From Candidatus Fraserbacteria bacterium (lineage in GTDB: Bacteria > Bipolaricaulota > Bipolaricaulia > RBG-16-55-9), in NCBI GenBank assembly GCA_037442925.1, contig JBBIPG010000023.1, positions 1 to 29,702 on the forward strand: a DNA stretch of 29,702 nucleotides, in the 5' to 3' direction. Position 1 is the stretch's first letter, and each line of letters begins with the position of its first letter. This document shows, piece by piece, positions 19,015 through 26,730 of the stretch. The position numbers and the translations under genes are program-made. The notes beneath the pieces are model-generated. The model was not told where the DNA came from. It was given only the letters and a program-made list of their open reading frames with translations, and searched no databases.

Positions 19015-19114
19015 GTTTTCTTTGAGTCTTCTTACAGACAATCTCTCGTCTTGCGTTTACAATCACTTCGATCTGATTGGCGACCACTATTGGTCACCCG
19101 AGGAGAGGATCACT

Positions 19115-19834
19115 GTGACCCAAGTCAGTATGGAGTCGAAGCTCCTCGAACTCATGCGCCAGATGAGCGAAGGTGCCCATACGGAAGAGATCGCTGGACG
19201 TTTGGGCATCATGCGCCATACCGCGGCCAAATACCTCGAAATCCTCCGCGCCAAGGGCCTAGTTCGCTGTCGCAAAGTGGGCAATGCCAAGCTCTGGCAA
19301 CCCATGATAGCCGGGCTCGCCATCCGCCCCCTCACCATAGAAGATCTACCAGCCATCTTAGAGCTTCAAAACCAACTCCAGCCGATGGAGGAAGAGGCTC
19401 GCACCACCTTTGTCCAGACGCTGGAATACCACATCGAGTACGGTGACGCGGCATTGCGACTGGGTGCTGAACTCCAGGGCCAGCTTGTTGGATTCATCCT
19501 TGGGGAGATCCGCGTCTGGGAGTTCGGTGGTGGGGAGAAGACAGGTTGGATCAAAGCACTCATGGTCGCTCCGGAGTATCACCGCAGGGGAATCGGGCGG
19601 CAGTTGGGTGAGGCTCTCTTGGAGCATTTCCGCAGTCGTGGGATCGAACATGTGCGCACTCTTGTGAATTGGTACGCGGGAGATCTGCTTGCCTACTTCC
19701 GCTCCTTGGGCTTTGAGGTGATGCCCATGTTGCCTCTCGAAAGACGCATGAGCGGGCTCCATAGCCCTGGCACACACCGATCCTCGGCGACCATAGACCC
19801 TAGCAAACGAGAGAACGGAGGGGGTTCTCCATGA
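19115..19834 (+). CDS. HTH-GNAT fusion protein (putative transcriptional regulator)
   Basis: N-terminal wHTH TEEIAGRLGIMRHTAAKYLEILRAKGLV; C-terminal GNAT domain with the CoA-binding motif A YHRRGIGRQL and YFRSLGF. GTG 19115 follows GAGGAGAGGA; ATG 19130 is an alternative. Confidence 0.82.
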   Translation: MTQVSMESKLLELMRQMSEGAHTEEIAGRLGIMRHTAAKYLEILRAKGLVRCRKVGNAKLWQPMIAGLAIRPLTIEDLPAILELQNQLQPMEEEARTTFVQTLEYHIEYGDAALRLGAELQGQLVGFILGEIRVWEFGGGEKTGWIKALMVAPEYHRRGIGRQLGEALLEHFRSRGIEHVRTLVNWYAGDLLAYFRSLGFEVMPMLPLERRMSGLHSPGTHRSSATIDPSKRENGGGSP

Positions 19835-20691
19835 AGACGGACACCACGAAGATCGGGGCAATTGATTTCATGTACTACGTGGCCACAAAGGAGTTCATGT
19901 CAGAGTGGGACAAGGCCAAAGAGGGCGAACTCATCTGTCGGATGGAGCGGGCGATTGGGGGGCTTCCGCGCTACGAGAGCATGGAGAAGATGCTGGAGCT
20001 GATGGACGAGGCCGGCGTCGAAAAAGTCTTCATCACCCAATGCAAGATGTGGTCCTACTGGAACAAATGGATGTACATGGACACGAAGCTCGAAGACGTG
20101 CTGCAATACACTGAAAAATATCCCGATCGCTTTGTGGGGCTTGCAGGCTATAACCCGTTTCGCATCAAAGAATCTCTAAAAGAGATCGAAATAGCCATCA
20201 AGGATCACGGCTTCAAGGGCGTCTATGTGCACATCTACGGCTTTGACATTCCCTTGCACGACAGCAAGATGTACCCGCTCTATGCCAAGTGCGTTGAACT
20301 CGATGTGCCCGTCTCGATGCAAGTGGGGCATGTACTAGAATCCATGCCCAGCGACTGCGGTCGCCCCATCTATCTTGATCGCATTGCCTGCGATTTTCCC
20401 GATCTCAAGATCATCGGGGCCCACACGGGCTGGCCGTGGGTCGAGGAGCTCTTGAGCGTCTGTTACAAGTGGGACAATGTGTGGTTTGGTGTGGATGCTT
20501 GGCTGCCCAAGTATCTCAAGCCCGAGATCATTCAGTTCATCAACAGCCGGATGGGCCAGGATCGCTGCATCTGGGGGACGAACGGGTTGCCATGGAGAGA
20601 GAATCTGAAACAGATTGATGAGCTGGGCTTGAAAGAAGAGGCAAAGCGCAAGCTCTTGCGGGAGAACGCCATCCAGCTCTTCAAGCTCTGA
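19831..20691 (+). CDS. Amidohydrolase-2 family protein with atypical metal ligands
   Basis: MDEAGVEK, YPDRFVGLA, YPLYAKCVELDVPV, DFPDLKIIGAHTGWPW and KRKLLRENAIQLFKL. Confidence 0.85.
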   Translation: MKTDTTKIGAIDFMYYVATKEFMSEWDKAKEGELICRMERAIGGLPRYESMEKMLELMDEAGVEKVFITQCKMWSYWNKWMYMDTKLEDVLQYTEKYPDRFVGLAGYNPFRIKESLKEIEIAIKDHGFKGVYVHIYGFDIPLHDSKMYPLYAKCVELDVPVSMQVGHVLESMPSDCGRPIYLDRIACDFPDLKIIGAHTGWPWVEELLSVCYKWDNVWFGVDAWLPKYLKPEIIQFINSRMGQDRCIWGTNGLPWRENLKQIDELGLKEEAKRKLLRENAIQLFKL

Positions 20692-20693
20692 GC

Positions 20694-21470
20694 ATGAGTT
20701 CTCAAAGCGTATTCGTCGAGCGGACTGATGCTGTAGCCAAGGTGCTCTTGAAGCGCCCGCCGCTCAACATTCTTGACATCTCTGCCTTGAAGGAACTGAG
20801 TGCTGCTCTTGAAAGACTGCATCGAGACAAGAGTAAAGTCGTAGTGCTCGCGGCCGAGGGTAAAGCGTTCTCGGCAGGCGTGGACATCAAAGATCACACA
20901 CCTGACAAAGTGAACGCGATGATGCTCGTTCTGCGCGATGTGTTCGAAAAGCTCTGGGCCCTGGAGCAGCCGACGTTGGCCGTGGTGCAGGGCGCGGCGC
21001 TGGGTGGAGGCATGGAGTTGGCGATCGGTTGCGACTTCATTATTGCCTCAGAGAATGCGCAGTTCGGCCAGCCTGAGATCAAAGTCGGAGTCTTCCCCCC
21101 GATTGCGTGTCTGCTCCTGCCACGACTACTGCCTTGGCCCAAGGCACTCGAACTCATTCTGACCGGAGAATCCATCACAGCCCAAGAAGTGCATCGTTGG
21201 GGGCTGGTGAATCGCGTTGTGCCTTCTGAGCAGTTGGAGGCAGAAGCGAACTCTTTCGTAAACAAACTCACGAGCTTAAGTGGGCCAGCACTGAAACTGG
21301 CCAAGCGCGCTTCGCTCATCGGCTTCGGGCAAGAGTGGGGAACGCTGTGGGCGAAGACATACGCGCAAATCGAGCGTCTCTATCTCGATGAGCTGATGAA
21401 GCTTGAGGACGCGCACGAGGGCCTGAGGGCGTTCATAGAGAGACGCAAGCCGGTCTGGAAGCAACGTTAG
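20694..21470 (+). CDS. dch: Enoyl-CoA hydratase, probably cyclohexa-1,5-diene-1-carbonyl-CoA hydratase
   Basis: Crotonase motifs FSAGVDI, ALGGGMEL and FGQPEIKVGVFPP; Dch-like C-terminus ERLYLDELMKLEDAHEGL; adjacent to bzdN. Confidence 0.8.
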   Translation: MSSQSVFVERTDAVAKVLLKRPPLNILDISALKELSAALERLHRDKSKVVVLAAEGKAFSAGVDIKDHTPDKVNAMMLVLRDVFEKLWALEQPTLAVVQGAALGGGMELAIGCDFIIASENAQFGQPEIKVGVFPPIACLLLPRLLPWPKALELILTGESITAQEVHRWGLVNRVVPSEQLEAEANSFVNKLTSLSGPALKLAKRASLIGFGQEWGTLWAKTYAQIERLYLDELMKLEDAHEGLRAFIERRKPVWKQR

Positions 21471-21487
21471 AAAAGGGGGCTTACTCG

Positions 21488-22633
21488 ATGTTCGAGCAGT
21501 TTCGCCATTGGTATGAGCAACGCCATGACTACGCACGCGATTGGAAATCGCGCACGGGTGGGAAAGTCATCGGCTGTTTCTGCACGTATGAACCTGAGGA
21601 GATCCTCTATGCTGCAGGTATTCTGCCCGTGCGCGTCTACGGGAGCCATCAGCCCAATAGCGTCACGGAGGCGCACATTTTCGGGATGTATTGTCCTTGG
21701 ACGCGCGATGTGCTTGCTCAGGGCCTGCTGGGCAAATATGCCTATCTCAATGGAATCGCAATTTCGCAGAGCTGCTTGCACTTCCGACAGTGTTTTACAA
21801 GCTGGCAGAAGCACGTTCCCTGCGAGTTTTCATACTATTTGCCGATGCCGCATGGCACTCAAAGCCCTCATGGACTGAGATACTTCGCAGAAGAGCTCAA
21901 GAAGTTCAAACAAGCTCTAGAAAAGTGGGTCGGGCGGGAAATTACGGATGAAGCTCTCCGAGAGGGCATCGAAGTCATGAACGAGAGCCGCCGCTTGTTG
22001 ACACAGCTCTATGAGCTGCGCAAGTCAGAAAACCCACCGTTGACGGGTCAAGAAGCGCTCTGGGTAGTGGCCTCAGCACAGATGACCGACAAGCACGAAC
22101 ATAATCAAACACTTAAAGAACTGCTAGAGCGACTTCCCACTCGAAAGCTCGACAGGGCACCCGGCGTTCGGTTGATGCTCATCGGCAGCGAGAACGACGA
22201 TGTGGAATTCGTCGAGATGACCGAGAAGCTGGGTGCCACGTTTGTCGTGGATGAGAACTGCGTGGGCACCCGCTATTTCTGGCTTGAAGTCGACACCGAG
22301 CGTTTCAAGGACCCGCTCGAGGCGATTGCCGCACGCTATCTAGAAAGACCGGCTTGTCCTGCCAAGGATTGGCCTGAACTCTCGCGTTGGCCACACATTG
22401 AAAGGCTCGCCCACGAGTGGAAGGTCCAGGGGGCGATCTTGATGCAGCAGAAGTTCTGCGACCCCCACGAGCTGGACATGCTCACGATCAAGAAGCGTTT
22501 AGAAGAGATGGGCATTAGAACGCTCTTTCTAGAGTTTGATGTGACAACGCCGGTAGGTCAGTTCCGCACGCGGGTGGAGGCCTTCTTGGAGATGCTGAAA
22601 AGCGAAGAGCTTTTCGCGGAGGAATTGTTCTAG
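21488..22633 (+). CDS. bzdN: Benzoyl-CoA reductase, Bzd-type, subunit N
   Basis: HgdB/BcrC-type fold; RHDYARDWKSRTGGKVIG, HIFGMYCPWTRDVLAQGL, QQKFCDPHELD and GQFRTRVEAFLEM. Confidence 0.88.
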   Translation: MFEQFRHWYEQRHDYARDWKSRTGGKVIGCFCTYEPEEILYAAGILPVRVYGSHQPNSVTEAHIFGMYCPWTRDVLAQGLLGKYAYLNGIAISQSCLHFRQCFTSWQKHVPCEFSYYLPMPHGTQSPHGLRYFAEELKKFKQALEKWVGREITDEALREGIEVMNESRRLLTQLYELRKSENPPLTGQEALWVVASAQMTDKHEHNQTLKELLERLPTRKLDRAPGVRLMLIGSENDDVEFVEMTEKLGATFVVDENCVGTRYFWLEVDTERFKDPLEAIAARYLERPACPAKDWPELSRWPHIERLAHEWKVQGAILMQQKFCDPHELDMLTIKKRLEEMGIRTLFLEFDVTTPVGQFRTRVEAFLEMLKSEELFAEELF

Positions 22634-22661
22634 CATGGAGATTCTGAAAGCACGTACGACT

Positions 22662-23063
22662 TCAGATAACCAAAGTGAAGCTCATGACCCGGAAATGCTT
22701 ATCCACGGCCAGAGCTTGCGTCAACCCCAAGCGCTTCATGAGTGCGAAACTGGTGCAATCGGTGAAACTGAACTTCTGATCTTTGAACTTCTTAAAGATC
22801 TGCCAAGCTGCTTCGCGATCCTCAGCCGTCACCGAGACGAGCTGGGTCCGAGCGCTCCTCATCAATTCCTCACCGAACTGAACGGCTACACGATGGCCCA
22901 ACTCCACGCGGATAAGCGTGATCGTCTCTGCGAAAACGTAGTCGGTGGTGACCAGAGGGAGCGTGTTCCCTTCAAACCACGCTCTGGCGGCTTCATGGTC
23001 TGGGTCACGAGCGTCGGTCAGGGCATACCAGCCTCCCGTGTCAACGAAGACCCGTTCTATCAT
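22662..23063 (-). CDS. vapC: PIN-domain toxin VapC
   Basis: FVDTGGWYAL, TTDYVFAETITL, FSFTDCTSFALM and DKHF; the acidic catalytic residues are present. Confidence 0.9.
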   Translation of the reverse strand: MIERVFVDTGGWYALTDARDPDHEAARAWFEGNTLPLVTTDYVFAETITLIRVELGHRVAVQFGEELMRSARTQLVSVTAEDREAAWQIFKKFKDQKFSFTDCTSFALMKRLGLTQALAVDKHFRVMSFTLVI

Positions 23064-23069
23064 GGAGTT

Positions 23070-23312
23070 TCAATGCGACCTTTCCCTGCGGTAAAGGATC
23101 TCGTCGTGGCGTCGAGCGGCTCCGCGGCCCTTGCCCCGGCCCATACCGATGATCTTAAAGATAGAATCGCTCCTCATGTCTTCTTTAGAAGCACAGATCG
23201 AGGTTTCAATCAGTTCCCGCACCAGAGCCGACATGCTCTTGCCCTCGCGCTCCGCACGATCCTTCAAATACTGATACTGCGCTTCCTCCAACACGATGTT
23301 CGTCCGCTTCAT
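23070..23312 (-). CDS. vapB: CopG/RHH-type antitoxin
   Basis: [10 protein letters not shown]...[20 protein letters not shown] is a ribbon-helix-helix pattern; C-terminal [16 protein letters not shown]; directly upstream of vapC. Confidence 0.85.
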   Translation of the reverse strand: MKRTNIVLEEAQYQYLKDRAEREGKSMSALVRELIETSICASKEDMRSDSIFKIIGMGRGKGRGAARRHDEILYRRERSH

Positions 23313-23328
23313 ACACCCTCCATTCGCT

Positions 23329-23362
23329 ATTACACATTACACAACAAGCCATGCGATGTCAA
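23329..23362 (-). promoter_or_regulatory. Candidate vapBC promoter with a tandem TGTGTAA operator
   Basis: Minus strand TTGACA (23362-23357) followed by TGTGTAATGTGTAAT (23343-23329). The -10 spacing is non-ideal. Confidence 0.5.
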
Positions 23363-23383
23363 GGAAGAGCTCAGGAGGTCGAG

Positions 23384-24715
23384 ATGAAAACACTGACGAA
23401 ACACCAGACGGAACCATTGAAGTGTTGGCCCAAAGCGAAAGAATTGAGATTGCGATACTACCAGAACTACGCGACGGCCCACGAGCGCGGGGGCTTGCGC
23501 TGGACCGGCGGAGCTTGGGCGTTTGATGCAATTCCAGCGGGCTTGGGTGATGACGTCTACCCGCTCACCGGAGAGCCCTACGGCGCTTCTATTGCACACG
23601 ATCAAAAATTCTCACTCGAGTGTATGGAGGCTGCAGAGCGTGTGGGTTTCGCCCGCGATCTGTGCTCCTATATGCGCAACTACTGGGGCTCGATCTTGTT
23701 GAATAAGTATGCCTTCGGTGGAGAGTTCCCCAAGCCCGACTTCATCTGGCAATCGCACATCTGCTGTAGTCATGCCAAATGGTATCAAGTCGCTAGTCAA
23801 CTCGAGGGCGGCATCCCCATGTTCTGCGTGGATGTCTCTGTTGGACCGTATGAATCGCTCACACAAGAGAAGCTCGACTATCTGGTGGCACAGATGCACG
23901 ATGGGATCACATGGCTAGAGAAGACGACGGGGCGAACGTACGACGACGAGAAACTCATTCAAGCTGTGAATAACGAGTGTCGTTCGACGAGCTTGTGGGC
24001 TGAAGTCTGTTGCTTGAATAAGAGCATCCCGGCACCCCTGGATGAGAAGACAATGTATTCCCTCTACGTGCTGGCCACGCTCCAGAAGAGCAGCAAGGAG
24101 GTCGCCGACTTCTACGAAGAGCTGCGCGATGAAGTCAAAGATCGAGTTGCGCGAGGGATTGCTTCTTCCGAGTATGAGCAGTGCCGAGTGATGACCGACA
24201 CCCAGCCGCCCTGGGCCTTTCTCGATGTGTTTAGATACTTGCAGAACACCTACGGCTGCGTCTCCATTGGTAGTCTCTACACCTTCGGGCTCTGCGGGAT
24301 GTTTGAAGTCAAAGCCGACGGCACGTGGGGTCCGCGGGCGACGCCACAACAAATGGGCATCAAAATTAAAACCCGCGATGAAGCACTTAAAATCTTGGCC
24401 GATTGGAATCTCTCTCGTCCGGAGTGGCAGCACTTCTACTCGCATGAGCTTAAGAGCGAGATGCTCGTTCGTATCGTCAAAGAATGGCAGGTGGACGGGG
24501 TGCTGTTGCACTTCAACCGCGGCTGCGAGGGGCTGTCGCTGGGCATCGCTGAGAATAGACTCGCATTACAGAAGGCGGGCATCCCGGTGACGCCCTTTGA
24601 AGGCAACATGGGCGACTGGCGGGAGTTTGACAAGACAAGAACCCTTGCGCGCGTGGATGCATTCATGGAATCGCTCCGGGTCCCACGCATCGAACGAGCT
24701 GCATCAGGAGCGTGA
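23384..24715 (+). CDS. bzdO: Benzoyl-CoA reductase, Bzd-type, subunit O
   Basis: [56 protein letters not shown] and FEGNMGD. ATG 23384 follows AGGAGG. Confidence 0.9.
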   Translation: MKTLTKHQTEPLKCWPKAKELRLRYYQNYATAHERGGLRWTGGAWAFDAIPAGLGDDVYPLTGEPYGASIAHDQKFSLECMEAAERVGFARDLCSYMRNYWGSILLNKYAFGGEFPKPDFIWQSHICCSHAKWYQVASQLEGGIPMFCVDVSVGPYESLTQEKLDYLVAQMHDGITWLEKTTGRTYDDEKLIQAVNNECRSTSLWAEVCCLNKSIPAPLDEKTMYSLYVLATLQKSSKEVADFYEELRDEVKDRVARGIASSEYEQCRVMTDTQPPWAFLDVFRYLQNTYGCVSIGSLYTFGLCGMFEVKADGTWGPRATPQQMGIKIKTRDEALKILADWNLSRPEWQHFYSHELKSEMLVRIVKEWQVDGVLLHFNRGCEGLSLGIAENRLALQKAGIPVTPFEGNMGDWREFDKTRTLARVDAFMESLRVPRIERAASGA

Positions 24716-25515
24716 TGGACATGATTACGGCAGGCATTGATGGCGGCGCACGGACCATCAAAGTGCTGATCTTGCAAGACGGCAAAGTGCTAGCTAAGAG
24801 CTCTTCTGTTACGGGGTTCGATCAAGAGGCCTCGGTGGCCCAGGCGTTCCAAAGCGCTCTGCAACAAGCGGGCCTCGAACGCGAGCAACTTCAGCACACC
24901 ACAGCCACCGGCATCGGGCGTAAAGTGCTGCGCACGGCTTCAATGGCTCAAAGCGAGGTCACGGAGATGAGCGCCGACGCCAAAGCCGCAGTCTTTCTCT
25001 TTCCATCGGTACGCACGGTGATCGACGTCGGAGCCGAAGAGGGCCGTGCGATCCGTTGTGAGCCCGACGGACGAGTCAAAGACTTTGCTGTCAACGAAAA
25101 ATGCGCTGCCGGTGCGGGGACGTTCGTCGAGACGATGGCCCGCACACTGGAGATCCAGCTCGAAGAGGCGGGAGCACTCTCCCTCAAGGCCGAGAAAGTG
25201 ATCCCGATGAACGCCCAGTGTGCGGTCTTTGCCGAGAGCGAAGTGGTTTCATTGATCCACTCTGGAGCGGCGAAGGAGGAGATCATTCGCGCTGTGCACG
25301 AGGCGATGGCCGACAGGATTTCTGCGATGGCTCGGCGGGTGGGCGTCGAACGAGAAGTGGTACTCGTCGGCGGTGTTGGAAGAGATATCGGCTTCATCCA
25401 GGCTCTCACGGGAAAGCTCGAGATGGAACTACTGGTTCCTGAAGAACCGGAGTACGTCGGAGCCCTCGGCGCAGCCCTCATCGCGGCGGAACGGGCAAGC
25501 AGTCAAGGAGGTTGA
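24715..25515 (+). CDS. bzdP: Benzoyl-CoA reductase ATPase (activase) subunit P
   Basis: ASKHA motifs AGIDGG, ATGIGR, IDVGAEEGRAI, NEKCAAGAG and MNAQCAVFAESEVVSLIH. Confidence 0.88.
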   Translation: MDMITAGIDGGARTIKVLILQDGKVLAKSSSVTGFDQEASVAQAFQSALQQAGLEREQLQHTTATGIGRKVLRTASMAQSEVTEMSADAKAAVFLFPSVRTVIDVGAEEGRAIRCEPDGRVKDFAVNEKCAAGAGTFVETMARTLEIQLEEAGALSLKAEKVIPMNAQCAVFAESEVVSLIHSGAAKEEIIRAVHEAMADRISAMARRVGVEREVVLVGGVGRDIGFIQALTGKLEMELLVPEEPEYVGALGAALIAAERASSQGG

Positions 25516-25524
25516 AATCCCACT

Positions 25525-26436
25525 ATGGCAGAGGCAACTCTAACAGCTCCGAAGCGCGAATACTGGCGCTGGAAAGAATACAACTGGCGAGATGAATCTC
25601 TCGATTGGCGTCAAGCAAACGTGATCTCCGTCGGCATTGACGTAGGCTCAGTTAGCTCTCAAGCTGTCGTGCTCTGCGATGGAAAGCTTTTTGCGTACAG
25701 CAGCCTGCGCACGGGTTCCAATTCTCCGACGAGTGCGCAGCGAGCACTGGATACGGCCTTGCAAGATACGGCAATGCCCCGTGAGAAGATTCAGTACATC
25801 GTCGCAACTGGCTACGGGCGCGTGAACATCCCGTTTGCACAGAAGGCGATCACCGAGATCGCCTGCCACGCCCGCGGGGCTAACTTCATCTATGGACCCA
25901 GCGTGAGAACGGTCTTAGATATGGGAGGTCAAGATTGCAAAGCGATTCGTTGTGATGAACGAGGCAAAGTGACAAATTTCTTGATGAATGACAAATGCGC
26001 GGCGGGCACGGGCCGGGGAATGGAAGTGATGGCAGAATTGTTGCAAGTCCCCATTGAAGAGGTCGGTTCTGCTTCTCTTTCACCGCCCGAGGAGCCGCCG
26101 CCAGTGAGCAGCACTTGTGTTGTCTTTGCGAAATCAGAAGCGCTCGGTTTGCTGCGGCAGAACTGGTCGAAAGAGAAAGTGCTCGCGGCCTTTTGTCTGG
26201 CGATGGCCCATCGCACGGTCGAGCTTCTGTCGCGGATCGGAGTCGAGAAAGACTTCGCGATCACGGGTGGGATTTCCAAGAACGTCGGAATCGTCAAACG
26301 CATCGAAGCGGAGCTGGGAATACAGGCATTGAAGCCCACCATTGACCCGCAGATCGCAGGAGCATTGGGCGCGGCACTCTTTGCCAAGGCGCTCTATGAG
26401 AAAGAAGGTGCTGGGAAAGCTTCTTCTGGAGGCTGA
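25525..26436 (+). CDS. bzdQ: Benzoyl-CoA reductase ATPase subunit Q
   Basis: N-terminal EYWRWKE, GIDVGSVSSQAV, TEIACHARG, DMGGQDCK, MNDKCAAGTGRG and SSTCVVFAKSE. Confidence 0.9.
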   Translation: MAEATLTAPKREYWRWKEYNWRDESLDWRQANVISVGIDVGSVSSQAVVLCDGKLFAYSSLRTGSNSPTSAQRALDTALQDTAMPREKIQYIVATGYGRVNIPFAQKAITEIACHARGANFIYGPSVRTVLDMGGQDCKAIRCDERGKVTNFLMNDKCAAGTGRGMEVMAELLQVPIEEVGSASLSPPEEPPPVSSTCVVFAKSEALGLLRQNWSKEKVLAAFCLAMAHRTVELLSRIGVEKDFAITGGISKNVGIVKRIEAELGIQALKPTIDPQIAGALGAALFAKALYEKEGAGKASSGG

Positions 26437-26437
26437 G

Positions 26438-26725
26438 ATGCTGGCCAACTACGGCTACAAAGACGGTTCCGGCGAGTATTTCATCGCCATCGACACAGAG
26501 AAGTGCAATGGCTGCGGGGCTTGTGTGACTGCCTGCCCCATGGGCCTTTTCGAAGTTGTTGCTGACCCCTTTGATCCGTTGGCTGAGAACCAGATTGCCG
26601 TCGTCAAAGAAGAGCATCGCAAGAAGCTCAAGTATAGCTGTGCCCCCTGCAAGCCTACGGGCGAGCGCCCGCCGCTGCCCTGCGTGATGTCTTGCCAACC
26701 TACGGCAATCGCACATTCTTGGTGA
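26438..26725 (+). CDS. bzdM: 2x[4Fe-4S] ferredoxin, BzdM-type
   Basis: MLANYGYKDGSGEYFIAID; CNGCGACVTACP and CAPCKP...PCVMSC. ATG 26438 follows GGAGG. Confidence 0.85.
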   Translation: MLANYGYKDGSGEYFIAIDTEKCNGCGACVTACPMGLFEVVADPFDPLAENQIAVVKEEHRKKLKYSCAPCKPTGERPPLPCVMSCQPTAIAHSW

Positions 26726-26730
26726 GTGCC

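Noticed and set aside
19022..19114. TTG-started extension of the HTH-GNAT ORF
   Set aside because: It covers the likely promoter region; the strong RBS lies before GTG 19115.
22635..23387. 250-aa plus-strand ORF exactly filling the bzdN-bzdO gap
   Set aside because: It is the antisense shadow of clear vapB/vapC genes and has no recognisable motifs. Its precise fit is curious, but there is no support for translation.
21488..26436. 2-hydroxyacyl-CoA dehydratase plus activator call
   Set aside because: Two distinct ATPase subunits, Bzd-type N-termini, a BzdM-like ferredoxin, a BzdV-like gene and an adjacent dch favour benzoyl-CoA reductase.
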